Positions 27,701 through 36,647 are shown, numbered from the stretch's first letter. The stretch: 44,053 nucleotides of DNA from a virus (IMGVR_UViG_2597489870_000002:1-44053), one strand, 5' to 3'. Notes: generated from the sequence alone by a model not told the origin. A program made the numbers and translations.

Positions 27701-29499
27701 GTTACTTTGGTCTTAACGCTGTTAACCAGAATCAGCAACTGGATGAAGCAGCGTCTAACCCAGCAGGATTTAATACCGATGTCGGCTTCTTCGATAACTC
27801 AGGTACCGCTGCGGTATCAGGTCTGTATTCTGGACTGGTTGCCAAACCTGACCAGCTTCTATGGGCTGGAATGGATAAGATCGTCTCGCCCATCGCGAAG
27901 TTCGTTAACGAAAATACTTCCATTAACGACACTTCTGCCGAGTACATTGCGGAACAGCGTAAGCTCGCAGAGCAACAGGTTAAACGCCTGACGCCTGACG
28001 CAGCAACAACAGGCACCGCTGGTCAGGTTCTTCATGGTCTGTTCGACATGGGCGGGCAGGCGGTCGTTGGTACACTGCTTTCTGGTCCTGCCGGCGGGGC
28101 TGCCGCCGTCACTGCGTTGCAGGGTTTCTCTGAGTTTGAACGCTTGACTGCTCAGGGAGTAGATTTCAGGACTGCTCAGGAAGCTGGTCTGGTGCAGGGT
28201 GTCACTGCTGGCGCTGGCACATTGATCCCTATGAGCCTAGGTCTACGCGCTGGTGGTGCGCTGGCAGAAAGTGTTGGCGCACAACTGGCGAGAACAGGTG
28301 AAAGTGCTGTGCGTAATGTTGCAGCTACTGCTGTTCGCGCCGCTCCAGACATCGCATATGCAGCCGGAACTAACATTGCCTTTGGCATGGCGCAGCGTGG
28401 TCTAACAGCAAAGACACTGCGTGATGGCGGTTATAACGAAATGGCGAATCAATATGATGTATTTGATCGCCAGTCTATCGCCATTGATGCTGTTCTTGGT
28501 GTGGCGTTTGGTGGTGTAGGTCGGTTCCTTAACGCCCGCGGTGAGAGCGCTGCAGCTCCTGAATTTTCCCCGGCTGAGGTGGATGCTGCGCTGGCGGCTA
28601 ATGCCTCACATCACGCTGAGATTGATGTAGCCCCTGGCGTTCCTGTTAATGTCCTGTCACGTGATGCGCATATCCAGGCACTACAGAAGGCTATGAATGA
28701 CGTAAGCCAGGGCCGTGCAGTTGATGTGACCAGCATTGCCGAACCAGCATCATTTAGTGATATTCCAGGTCGGAGAAACCTTATTTCTCAGGCTATCGAT
28801 GAAACCTTGTATCGTACTGAAGAGGGAAGCACACAAGTTGCGGTTGATACCAGAGCGCTGGAACAGCAAGCGGCTCAGGCTTTAGATGTTGAGCAAGTTA
28901 ATCAATTGCAGTCTGATATCACTGGCATCGAGAGATCCATTGAAACTCTCAACCAGGAGCGTGCTGGAGTGCTGAACGAACAACCATCTGGTAGCGGGAA
29001 AGAGTTGTCACGTGCACGTTCAGCGCGTCAGGAAAGACTGCGTGATATTGACCAGCGAATCAATGACGAGTCGGTCAGGCTACAGACTGCAAAAGATAAT
29101 CTGGCGGCGAATGTAGAGGGTGGCGTTAACTTCGAGGCGCGGGCAGAACTTGTACGGCGTCAGCAGGCAGAAAGCGATCTGAACGCACAGGCCATGTCAT
29201 TCTATAAAACAGCAGAAGTGCGCACTTCTGATGAAACAGCACCTTTTGAACCAAGCGCCGTATTGCGACAGGCAGAGCAAAGGCCAACGGCGGAACAGGC
29301 CGGGGATATGGATCTTCGTATCGCTGAAGATTCACTGGTTGAGTCTCCGGACATGATGATCACCGTCCTTGATGATGAAGGAAACCCGCAGTCGCGAAGC
29401 GCTCGGGAAGTGCTGGACGAAGCAAGCAGAGAGAACGAACAGGCAATACAGGATTCCAGCCTCTTTGATGTGGCTGTCTCGTGTTTCTTGAGAGGGTAA
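27697..29499 (+). CDS. Internal virion / ejection protein
   Basis: 600 aa, Ala/Gly-rich with coiled-coil segment. Confidence 0.5.
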   Translation: MSYFGLNAVNQNQQLDEAASNPAGFNTDVGFFDNSGTAAVSGLYSGLVAKPDQLLWAGMDKIVSPIAKFVNENTSINDTSAEYIAEQRKLAEQQVKRLTPDAATTGTAGQVLHGLFDMGGQAVVGTLLSGPAGGAAAVTALQGFSEFERLTAQGVDFRTAQEAGLVQGVTAGAGTLIPMSLGLRAGGALAESVGAQLARTGESAVRNVAATAVRAAPDIAYAAGTNIAFGMAQRGLTAKTLRDGGYNEMANQYDVFDRQSIAIDAVLGVAFGGVGRFLNARGESAAAPEFSPAEVDAALAANASHHAEIDVAPGVPVNVLSRDAHIQALQKAMNDVSQGRAVDVTSIAEPASFSDIPGRRNLISQAIDETLYRTEEGSTQVAVDTRALEQQAAQALDVEQVNQLQSDITGIERSIETLNQERAGVLNEQPSGSGKELSRARSARQERLRDIDQRINDESVRLQTAKDNLAANVEGGVNFEARAELVRRQQAESDLNAQAMSFYKTAEVRTSDETAPFEPSAVLRQAEQRPTAEQAGDMDLRIAEDSLVESPDMMITVLDDEGNPQSRSAREVLDEASRENEQAIQDSSLFDVAVSCFLRG

Positions 29500-29500
29500 T

Positions 29501-31978
29501 TTGATGAGACAGGAATGTATTCAGGCAGTACAGCAGGCAGCTAAGCGCACACTGACAGCGCGCGAGATTCAGGATATTGAAGATCGTATCTACCGCAACA
29601 TGCGTTCACTTGCCAGAGATGACCCAGCGTCGTGGCGTCAGCTTACTGATGCTGAGAGATTACGCCGCGCCGGGCAACTGGCATCCGATGAACTTCAGCG
29701 AGAGGCTGCTCTCAAAAAACGCCGTGTCGCTTTGACCATTTCTGCCAGACAGCGCTTGGACAACTTCATTAACAACTATCAAGGCGCAGATGGAAAATTG
29801 GGTGCGCTCAATCGAACTATCGCTTTCAGTGCTGATGGTAAATCGAATTTTTTGTCTGTTGAGTCGCGTACGAAAGCTACCCGTGATTACGCATTAAGCC
29901 AGTTACAGGAGGCTTTCGAAGCTGTTGACCCTCGTTTCTTTGGCCTGTTTGAAGATGAAGCAGGCGTGCGCGATCTGGTGTTCGAGATGCGTGGGCAGAA
30001 TACCGGCAATGCTAAGGCCAGAAAAGGGGCGAAAGCGTGGGGAGAAGTTACTGAACTGCTGCGACGTCGGTTCAATGATGCTGGTGGTGATATCGGGTAC
30101 CTGGAAAACTGGGGTATTCCACAACATCACTCGATGGAAAAGGTTGGTGCAGTAACAAAGGATAAATGGGTCAGTGACGTGATCGGAAAACTTGACCGAA
30201 AATATTACACCCGCTCCGACGGTCAGTTGATGAGTGATTCTGAGCTTACTGCCTTTCTTGGCGAAGCATATAACACCATCGCCACTGGTGGGCTGAATAA
30301 GCTTACTGATACTGGAATGCGAATTTCCGGTGCACGTGCTAACCGTGGTAATGCATCACGACAGATACATTTCAAAGATGCAGATTCCTATCTGCAATAT
30401 CAGCAACTTTATGGCGATCGCTCTCTATGGGAAATCATGGTCGGTCACCTTGAAGGTATCAGTAAAGATATTGCACTGGTGGAAACATATGGCCCAAACC
30501 CCGATCATGTTTTCCGCTCTCTTCTTGATCAGGTGAAGGCAGAAACGGCAACAGCTAACCCGAGTAAAACCGGTAAAGTCGAGCGGCTGGCGAACAACAC
30601 AGAGAATCTGTACAACTTTATTTCCGGAAAGACACAGCCTGTAGCGAATCCGCACATCGCGCGATGGTCTGACAATATCCGCAACTGGCTGGTTGCCAGC
30701 AGACTCGGATCCGCGTTGCTGTCATCGTTCTCTGATCTTGGAACCATGTATCTGTCTGCGAAGGTTACCAACCTTCCAATGAACCAGTTATTCCGCAACC
30801 AGCTTGAAGCTATGGACCCAACGAACCGTACAGAACTTGCGCTGGCGCGCCGCGCTGGTCTGGCGATGGAATCTCTACTTGGCAGCGTTAACCGCTGGGC
30901 GATGGATAATATGGGGCCGTCTGTGTCTCGTTGGGCGGCAACGGCGGTAATGCGTGCCAGTGGGCTTACAGCATGGTCAGATGCGCACAAGCGCGCCTAT
31001 GGCGTAACTATGATGGGAAGCCTGGGAGAAGTAGTGTCACGGACACCAGACCTTCGTAGCCTCGATGACTCTGATTTTCGTATCCTTAAAAGCAAAGGGA
31101 TTACTGACACAGACTGGAGCGTATGGAAGCTGGCGCAACAGGAGGACTGGGGGAACGGTAATAATACGATGCTGACACCGGAAAGCATTATGCGTATCCC
31201 TGATTCAGCAGTTAAACATCTTGGTGAGCCTGAACGTGTGAAATTTGAGGCAATGCGTAAACTGCTCGGTGCCGTAACTGAAGAAGTTGATATGGCTGTT
31301 ATTACACCGGGCGCACGTGAACAGATGTTCGTAGGGTCTGGTCTTCAGCGTGGAACATGGAAAGGTGAATTAACGAGAAGTGTTTTCCTGTTTAAATCGT
31401 TCCCTATCTCGGTTGTTATGCGTCACTGGTCACGCGCTATGGGTATGCCGTCTGCTGGTGGGCGTGCAGCATATATAGCAACGTTTTTAGCAAGCACAAC
31501 CATGCTTGGTGCTCTTTCCATGCAGATTACTGATCTTATTAATGGGAGAAATCCAAAGGAAATGACCGGTGACCACATGGTTAAATTCTGGATAAATGCA
31601 TTTTTAAAAGGTGGTGGAGCTGGGTTGTACGGTGATTTTCTTTTCTCTGACCACACTAGGTACGGGAGCGGCGCGCTGGCGTCGATGCTTGGCCCGGTAG
31701 CTGGTCTGGTTGATGACGTAGTGAAGATAGCTCAGGGCATACCTCTAAATGCTGTGGAAGGGAAGAACGAGCAGACTGGTGGTGATCTGGTTAAGCTGGG
31801 GAAGGGTCTGATGCCAGGTGCGAATCTCTGGTACTTGAAGGCGGCTCTCGATCACATGATCTTTAACCAGATGCAGGAGTATTTTTCACCAGGCTATTTG
31901 CGTAAAATGGAGCAACGTTCGAAGAAAGAGTTTAATCAGACATACTGGTGGCGACCTCAGGATGTCACTCCGCAATAA
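29501..31978 (+). CDS. Internal virion / ejection protein (large core protein)
   Basis: 825-aa ORF ending the ejection-protein run. Confidence 0.5.
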   Translation: MMRQECIQAVQQAAKRTLTAREIQDIEDRIYRNMRSLARDDPASWRQLTDAERLRRAGQLASDELQREAALKKRRVALTISARQRLDNFINNYQGADGKLGALNRTIAFSADGKSNFLSVESRTKATRDYALSQLQEAFEAVDPRFFGLFEDEAGVRDLVFEMRGQNTGNAKARKGAKAWGEVTELLRRRFNDAGGDIGYLENWGIPQHHSMEKVGAVTKDKWVSDVIGKLDRKYYTRSDGQLMSDSELTAFLGEAYNTIATGGLNKLTDTGMRISGARANRGNASRQIHFKDADSYLQYQQLYGDRSLWEIMVGHLEGISKDIALVETYGPNPDHVFRSLLDQVKAETATANPSKTGKVERLANNTENLYNFISGKTQPVANPHIARWSDNIRNWLVASRLGSALLSSFSDLGTMYLSAKVTNLPMNQLFRNQLEAMDPTNRTELALARRAGLAMESLLGSVNRWAMDNMGPSVSRWAATAVMRASGLTAWSDAHKRAYGVTMMGSLGEVVSRTPDLRSLDDSDFRILKSKGITDTDWSVWKLAQQEDWGNGNNTMLTPESIMRIPDSAVKHLGEPERVKFEAMRKLLGAVTEEVDMAVITPGAREQMFVGSGLQRGTWKGELTRSVFLFKSFPISVVMRHWSRAMGMPSAGGRAAYIATFLASTTMLGALSMQITDLINGRNPKEMTGDHMVKFWINAFLKGGGAGLYGDFLFSDHTRYGSGALASMLGPVAGLVDDVVKIAQGIPLNAVEGKNEQTGGDLVKLGKGLMPGANLWYLKAALDHMIFNQMQEYFSPGYLRKMEQRSKKEFNQTYWWRPQDVTPQ

Positions 31979-31987
31979 GGAAGTGTT

Positions 31988-32161
31988 GTGTTTTTAATTA
32001 TTTTGAGTGTGATAATTTCTGGTGGGTTGTTATTTATTGACCGCTACAAATATTTTCTTAACCCTCAGACTCAAGCTATTTGCTGGTTCATCTTTGTTGT
32101 GCAGGGAATAGTTCTTGTTGCAAGCCTTATTGAGGGGAGGCCTCTGATTTTTACTGGGTAA
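31988..32161 (+). CDS. Small membrane protein (57 aa)
   Basis: Below the ORF-track cutoff; GTG start after AAGGAAG; two hydrophobic helices. Confidence 0.3.
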   Translation: MFLIILSVIISGGLLFIDRYKYFLNPQTQAICWFIFVVQGIVLVASLIEGRPLIFTG

Positions 32162-32173
32162 ATAGGTGACTAC

Positions 32174-32470
32174 ATGCAAGCGATAGGATTCATTGTTTAT
32201 ATCGTCGTTGGCCTTTTTCAGTTGGCAGCAATTATGGCTGGGCTTGAATCATGGTGGGGATTGCATTGGATAATTGCAGCCCCCATTGCTTTCATCGTGA
32301 GCTATATTCCATTTGTTGGAGCGATTGTTGGTATGGTTGGTGCTGTGGATGTATGGCGGTGGGAGTGGTGGCAGGCTGGCCTTCTCTTCTTTGGTGGGAT
32401 CATCTTTGCTATTGTCTGCGGTGGAATGTCATCATTTTTCGAATGGCTATCATTCAGAAAAAGAGTGTGA
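32174..32470 (+). CDS. Membrane protein (3 predicted helices)
   Basis: 98 aa, AGGTGA ribosome-binding site, strongly hydrophobic; followed by a terminator. Confidence 0.5.
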   Translation: MQAIGFIVYIVVGLFQLAAIMAGLESWWGLHWIIAAPIAFIVSYIPFVGAIVGMVGAVDVWRWEWWQAGLLFFGGIIFAIVCGGMSSFFEWLSFRKRV

Positions 32471-32478
32471 CATGTCAC

Positions 32479-32503
32479 AGGCCGCTTTCGCGGCCTTGTT
32501 TTT
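32479..32503 (+). terminator. Rho-independent terminator
   Basis: AGGCCGC-TTTC-GCGGCCT plus TTGTTTTT. Confidence 0.75.
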
Positions 32504-32663
32504 AACGAATGCCACCGCCGCCCGGGCGGGAATCCGCAGAACGCCCACCGCAGCGGGAGCCGTCAGCGGCAGTATCGCTGTCGTGCTGACAACGACCGGC
32601 AAAGGCCTGAGTTGAAGCTACCAGAGACAACAAAACGAACAGTGCAGCAAATGCTTTTTTCAT
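32502..32663 (-). CDS. Possible small secreted peptide
   Basis: Signal-peptide-like N-terminus (MKKAFAALFVLLSLVASTQAFA) then about 30 residues with 2 Cys; weak ribosome-binding site; lies between two terminators. Confidence 0.25.
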   Translation of the reverse strand: MKKAFAALFVLLSLVASTQAFAGRCQHDSDTAADGSRCGGRSADSRPGGGGIR

Positions 32664-32735
32664 TGTGAAATTTCCATCTATAAGCCACCTCAATGTGGCG
32701 TCAATGAGTGTAGCACTGACTTTTGTTTCGTCCAC

Positions 32736-32757
32736 AAAAAAGCCCGCGGCGCGGGCT
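32736..32757 (-). terminator. Rho-independent terminator of minus-strand two-gene operon
   Basis: GCCCGC-GGC-GCGGGC hairpin plus 6 U on minus strand, adjacent to the stop codon. Confidence 0.7.
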
Positions 32758-33134
32758 TAATTAACTTCGAGGATAATAGAATCTTTAGACTTGAATCCCA
32801 CTTTCCTCATGGCTGTAATGACGTTTTGGATAATCCACGTTTTCCCAAACTCTCTTTCGTGTACAATGGCGCAAGGAAAATGAAGGGCGCTTTTGTTGCA
32901 CTTTATGGTGAAAGTTGTACCTTCGGCAAAATCCAAAACAGTCTGCAGATGTGCAGATATAAACGATTTAAACACATCTTCAAGCTCAGCAAGAGTAATT
33001 GGCGGTTTGTTCCTCTCGTCGTTCAGGCGTTCATATGCTGCATGAAATGAAAAGTGAATTCTTGCCGCATCTTCTTGCAAGATCTCGTTAATCTCATCCT
33101 CAAGATCAATGAGTTGTTGTTCTGTTATAGACAT
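32757..33134 (-). CDS. Hypothetical acidic protein (second gene of overlapping pair)
   Basis: 125 aa; 10-nt overlap with upstream gene; no recognisable motif. Confidence 0.5.
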   Translation of the reverse strand: MSITEQQLIDLEDEINEILQEDAARIHFSFHAAYERLNDERNKPPITLAELEDVFKSFISAHLQTVLDFAEGTTFTIKCNKSALHFPCAIVHEREFGKTWIIQNVITAMRKVGFKSKDSIILEVN

Positions 33135-33343
33135 AGATAACGGGATGTCGCCTCACTTATTTTTTGATTTAATTCATCATCATTGGATGCGCGTACAGTA
33201 GCAACATGCTTACTTTGGCGTAGGGTCCCAATTCTGATATCAAATTCTTCATTATCGAAAGAGTCAACGAAAACAGCTTTACCAGTTTCTGGATGGTAAA
33301 AAGAGGCATAGTTTTGGTTGAGTTGCATATCAAATTTAAACAT
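33125..33343 (-). CDS. Hypothetical small protein (first gene of overlapping pair)
   Basis: 72 aa; GGGAGGATGAT ribosome-binding site; operator-bearing promoter upstream. Confidence 0.5.
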   Translation of the reverse strand: MFKFDMQLNQNYASFYHPETGKAVFVDSFDNEEFDIRIGTLRQSKHVATVRASNDDELNQKISEATSRYLCL

Positions 33344-33460
33344 ATCATCCTCCCATACGGGAACAGACGTGACTTACATACGGTGTGATTTTGACTAGTT
33401 AACTTTCTGCAGCAAAACCATCACGGTAACTACAAACTAAAATGTTACAAATCAACTTTC

Positions 33461-33476
33461 TTACCTTTGGGGTAAT
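33461..33476. promoter_or_regulatory. Operator palindrome upstream of the two-gene operon
   Basis: TTACCTTTGGGGTAAT, with a minus-strand TTGATT hexamer just downstream. Confidence 0.5.
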
Positions 33477-33540
33477 AGTACGCTATTCACCTGCAATCTG
33501 TACAGAATTATTTAAAGGCACATCCCTGTGCCGCCGCCCG

Positions 33541-34233
33541 TCAGAAGAACCCTGCCTTGTCGTTGATGTACTCCGCGTGCGTCTGGATATCACGCAGGCA
33601 TTTGCTCACACCGACGATGTAGCAGAACATGGTGGTCAGTTCCGCCGCCGCGCCCGATACATCATGCCCGTCGTCCTGCAACTGGTTTAGCAGATTCATC
33701 AGCAGTGAGTTCTCCGTCAGGCCGAGAACACCAGACGGCGAGTGAATCAGGCTACGGTAGCCTGGCTTCAGTGGGGCACTGTAGGTTTTGTTCTCTATCT
33801 TCATTGCCTGCATCACTGCTGATGCTGTGGCGTTGGCTACCTGGTCGGCAACCATCTTTATGCGCTCTTCCTGCGGGAGCGAGTTTTTAATGTAGCTTCC
33901 GGTGCGGCGGATCTGAGGAAGAACCTCACCTGTAACCCATTCAAGAAATCTGAATGCTCTCGTTCCCTCAGTCATTGCCTCTTTGCAACGCAGAATAAGG
34001 ATGTAGAGACCTGATTCTGAAACGATGGATAGTTCTTGTATTCCACCAGGGGTCTGTATTGAATACAGCCCCTTTTTGTTCCAGCCTTTTTTATCAAGTT
34101 TTCTCGCTTGTGTAACATCAATATTCAAAGCATTGCACACATCTTTGGTGACAAACCAAGGTTCTCCGTCAATCATGAACATACGGATCTGGCAGGATGA
34201 CTCAAAGGAAAAGATGGAAGGTTTGGTATTCAT
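33541..34233 (-). CDS. Antirepressor (Bro-N domain plus Ant C-terminal domain)
   Basis: Start at ATG 34231-34233 with AAGGTGA; Bro-N-type N-terminus (FESSCQIRMFMIDGEPWFVTKDVCNAL); C-terminal domain paralogous to ORF 35379-35654. Confidence 0.7.
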   Translation of the reverse strand: MNTKPSIFSFESSCQIRMFMIDGEPWFVTKDVCNALNIDVTQARKLDKKGWNKKGLYSIQTPGGIQELSIVSESGLYILILRCKEAMTEGTRAFRFLEWVTGEVLPQIRRTGSYIKNSLPQEERIKMVADQVANATASAVMQAMKIENKTYSAPLKPGYRSLIHSPSGVLGLTENSLLMNLLNQLQDDGHDVSGAAAELTTMFCYIVGVSKCLRDIQTHAEYINDKAGFF

Positions 34234-34387
34234 GGCGATCACCTTTGTAGTTAGGTTAATCACCACCGCTGAGACCAATCAGATGGTGGTGAACTGTGCA
34301 GAGTTGGTCTTACCGGCTACAAAGGAACCCGGCGCACCTTTCGGTGCCCCCACACAGCCCACCATAGAATAGGTGCGCTTTACACAT

Positions 34388-34406
34388 AAAAAAACCGCTT
34401 ATGCGG
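34388..34406 (-). terminator. Short intrinsic terminator in the ant leader
   Basis: CCGC-TTAT-GCGG stem plus 7 U on minus strand, preceded by two further stem-loops. Confidence 0.4.
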
Positions 34407-34500
34407 CGTATGTGCCTCTGTAGTAATCCGGGAGACCAATCCCGGCACTGGATTTTGCCAGTGCCTGATTACTATGGCACAAGAGGAGTGCGATGTAAAT

Positions 34501-34609
34501 TTACCGCAAAGGTAATGATAAGCGAGGAGAAATATCAAAATCAACCGTATTTGGTTGATGGAGTTTAACGCTTGATCACCTGAAAGCAAGATATTACCTT
34601 TAAGGTAAT
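34501..34609. promoter_or_regulatory. Divergent promoter region with two operator palindromes
   Basis: TTACCGCAAAGGTAAT (34501-34516) and TTACCTTTAAGGTAAT (34594-34609). Confidence 0.55.
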
Positions 34610-34628
34610 GTTATTGTGAGGAAAAGCA

Positions 34629-35357
34629 ATGGAAGTTTTCTGGATAGTTGTTGGTGTGGTTGCGGTGATTATTTACGTTATCAACCAGAACAAGACTAAG
34701 ATCTCTGATCGTACGGTCGTTAATCAGAACAAAACGATAAAGACCGAAGATGGGGAGATAACGATTAATCGTACACAGGTGATAGACCGCACCTCCACTC
34801 AGTTTCACAAAGCTGGAGGTGATGCGCCTAATATTTCCGTACCTCCTGATTATGATAGTGCGGTAATCCAGACATATTATAAACAGCAGGAGTTAGCAAA
34901 AGAGAGGCAACTGATTCAGCCAAAGCCATTTACAGCAGAGCTGCCACCTGGTGTGTCAACGCGTCCGACATATCATGGAAGATTCCCTGGTGATGACATA
35001 TCGTCTCAGTCACCTAAAAAAGCACTTCAGGTAGTATCAGAGCCAGCAAGAATACCTTCTGTGTCGCCGCCAAAAGAAGAATCAGCTAACAGAGTTTCAA
35101 GTGGTAGCAAGCAGTGTTTGCGATGCAGAATAAACCTTCCATATGAAAAATTCAGGAAATCTTCAAAAAATCCAGATGGATTGACTAAGTGGTGTGCAAG
35201 GTGTCTCGATGGCCCAAAGAATACACGCCATATGAAGTGGTGCCCAATTTGTAATGTCCGCAGAAAACGAACCAGCTTTTACCCTAATAATCAAAATGCG
35301 GATGGCTTAATGGCATGGTGCAAAACGTGCTGGGACGAGCACAAAGCGAAACGATAG
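34629..35357 (+). CDS. Membrane-anchored protein with tandem zinc-ribbon repeats
   Basis: 242 aa; N-terminal hydrophobic helix; C-terminus has two copies of C-x2-C...DGL-x2-WC-x2-C. Confidence 0.55.
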   Translation: MEVFWIVVGVVAVIIYVINQNKTKISDRTVVNQNKTIKTEDGEITINRTQVIDRTSTQFHKAGGDAPNISVPPDYDSAVIQTYYKQQELAKERQLIQPKPFTAELPPGVSTRPTYHGRFPGDDISSQSPKKALQVVSEPARIPSVSPPKEESANRVSSGSKQCLRCRINLPYEKFRKSSKNPDGLTKWCARCLDGPKNTRHMKWCPICNVRRKRTSFYPNNQNADGLMAWCKTCWDEHKAKR

Positions 35358-35378
35358 GCCGCTCTTGCGGCCTTTTCT

Positions 35379-35654
35379 TTATGTGGTTTGTTTTCGTAAT
35401 TGTTCAGCACAATAGTCGAGATGTGTTTGCAGATCCTGCATAGACATCTGTGAGCTGGTGACGTAGTTAATCAGTGCAGTCAGTTCGGCAAGTGGGCCAT
35501 CGACATTAAATCCATCCTTATCGAGATCCCGGAGTAATTTCATCAAGTGCGATCCCTCCACCAGTGACCTGACGCCTCCCGGCGTGTGAATCCTTTCGGT
35601 AAATCCGTCTTCCAGTGGATAGTGATACTGCTGCATCTTATCTTCCCCATGCAA
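35379..35654 (-). CDS. Stand-alone antirepressor C-terminal-domain paralog
   Basis: 91 aa; roughly 45 percent identical by eye over about 64 residues to the C-terminus of the 33541-34233 antirepressor. Confidence 0.5.
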   Translation of the reverse strand: MHGEDKMQQYHYPLEDGFTERIHTPGGVRSLVEGSHLMKLLRDLDKDGFNVDGPLAELTALINYVTSSQMSMQDLQTHLDYCAEQLRKQTT

Positions 35655-35712
35655 TAACTGTATATTTATACAGTATCAAATAATTTGTTTGCTATCCAGC
35701 ACGTTTTGCGAA

Positions 35713-35728
35713 TCACCTGAAAGGTAAT
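35713..35728. promoter_or_regulatory. Operator palindrome upstream of tailspike gene
   Basis: TCACCTGAAAGGTAAT; ATGTGGTT at 35759-35766. Confidence 0.5.
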
Positions 35729-35831
35729 ATCTGTTCGTATTTATGGGTTATCTATCCATATGTGGTTTTTCAGGTAATAGAATAACCGGATATGCGGCGC
35801 AACGGGTGCTGCGACTATCTGGAGATTTAAC

Positions 35832-36647
35832 ATGACGGTCTCAACCGAAGTTGACCACAACGAATACACAGGTAACGGCGTTACGACATCATTTCCTTAT
35901 ACCTTTAGGGTTTTCAATAAATCTGATCTGGTAGTGCAGGTGATTGACCCTGACGAGAATATCACTGTGCTGGCTCTTGATACTGATTACACGGTGACGG
36001 GGGCTGGAGGATATACTGGCGGGAATGTCATCCTCACAACTGCTCTGGAGAATGGATTTCGTATTTCGATAGCACGTGAACTCCCAGTTACGCAGGAAAC
36101 CGATCTGCGCAATCAAGGCAAGTTCTTTGCAGAGGTGCATGAGGATGCTTTTGATAAGTTAACTATGCTGCTTCAACAGGTTAGAAGTTGGTTTAGTCTG
36201 GCGCTGCGCAAGCCGTCGTTTGTCGCAAACTACTATGATGCTCTTGGTAACTACATCCGCAATCTTCGTGACCCGTCACGTCCTCAGGATGCGGCCACCA
36301 AGAATTATGTCGACTCACTGGCAAGCATTAATCTGTCTAAAACGCTGAGAATGCCAGAGGCAGTACCAGAGCTTCCAAGCGCTGAGCTGAGAAAAAACAA
36401 AATTGTAGCAATGGATGATTCAGGAAATCCTATCATGGTTCTGCCTGAATCTGGTTCCGCTTCAGATGTAATGATTCAACTTGCATCAAGCAATGGTTTA
36501 AAGTTTATAGGTGATGTTCAGTCTGTTATAAAATTAAATGATGCTATCGGAAACATAGGTGATAAGATTTTTTTAAAGTCTTATGTTGAAGGTGAGAATA
36601 AAGGTGGTGGGATTCTTGTTGCTGTTGATAACTCACTATTAGCGTAA
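35832..36647 (+). pseudogene. Tailspike/tail fibre, N-terminal fragment truncated by IS insertion
   Basis: N-terminus of podovirus tail-fibre anchor type (NEYTGNGVTTSFPYTF); reading frame runs into the IS left end and stops at TAA inside the inverted repeat. Confidence 0.7.
36636..36643. repeat. Target-site duplication, left copy (CTATTAGC)
   Basis: Identical 8-mer at 39343-39350 directly outside the IS termini. Confidence 0.8.

Noticed and set aside
32313-32615. 100-aa plus-strand ORF
   Set aside because: Would read straight through the terminator at 32479-32503; a composite of out-of-frame sequence.
34450-34467. CACTGGATTTTGCCAGTG as a LexA box upstream of the antirepressor
   Set aside because: CTG and CAG are 8 nt apart instead of the 10 nt of CTGT-N8-ACAG; better explained as an RNA stem in the ant leader.
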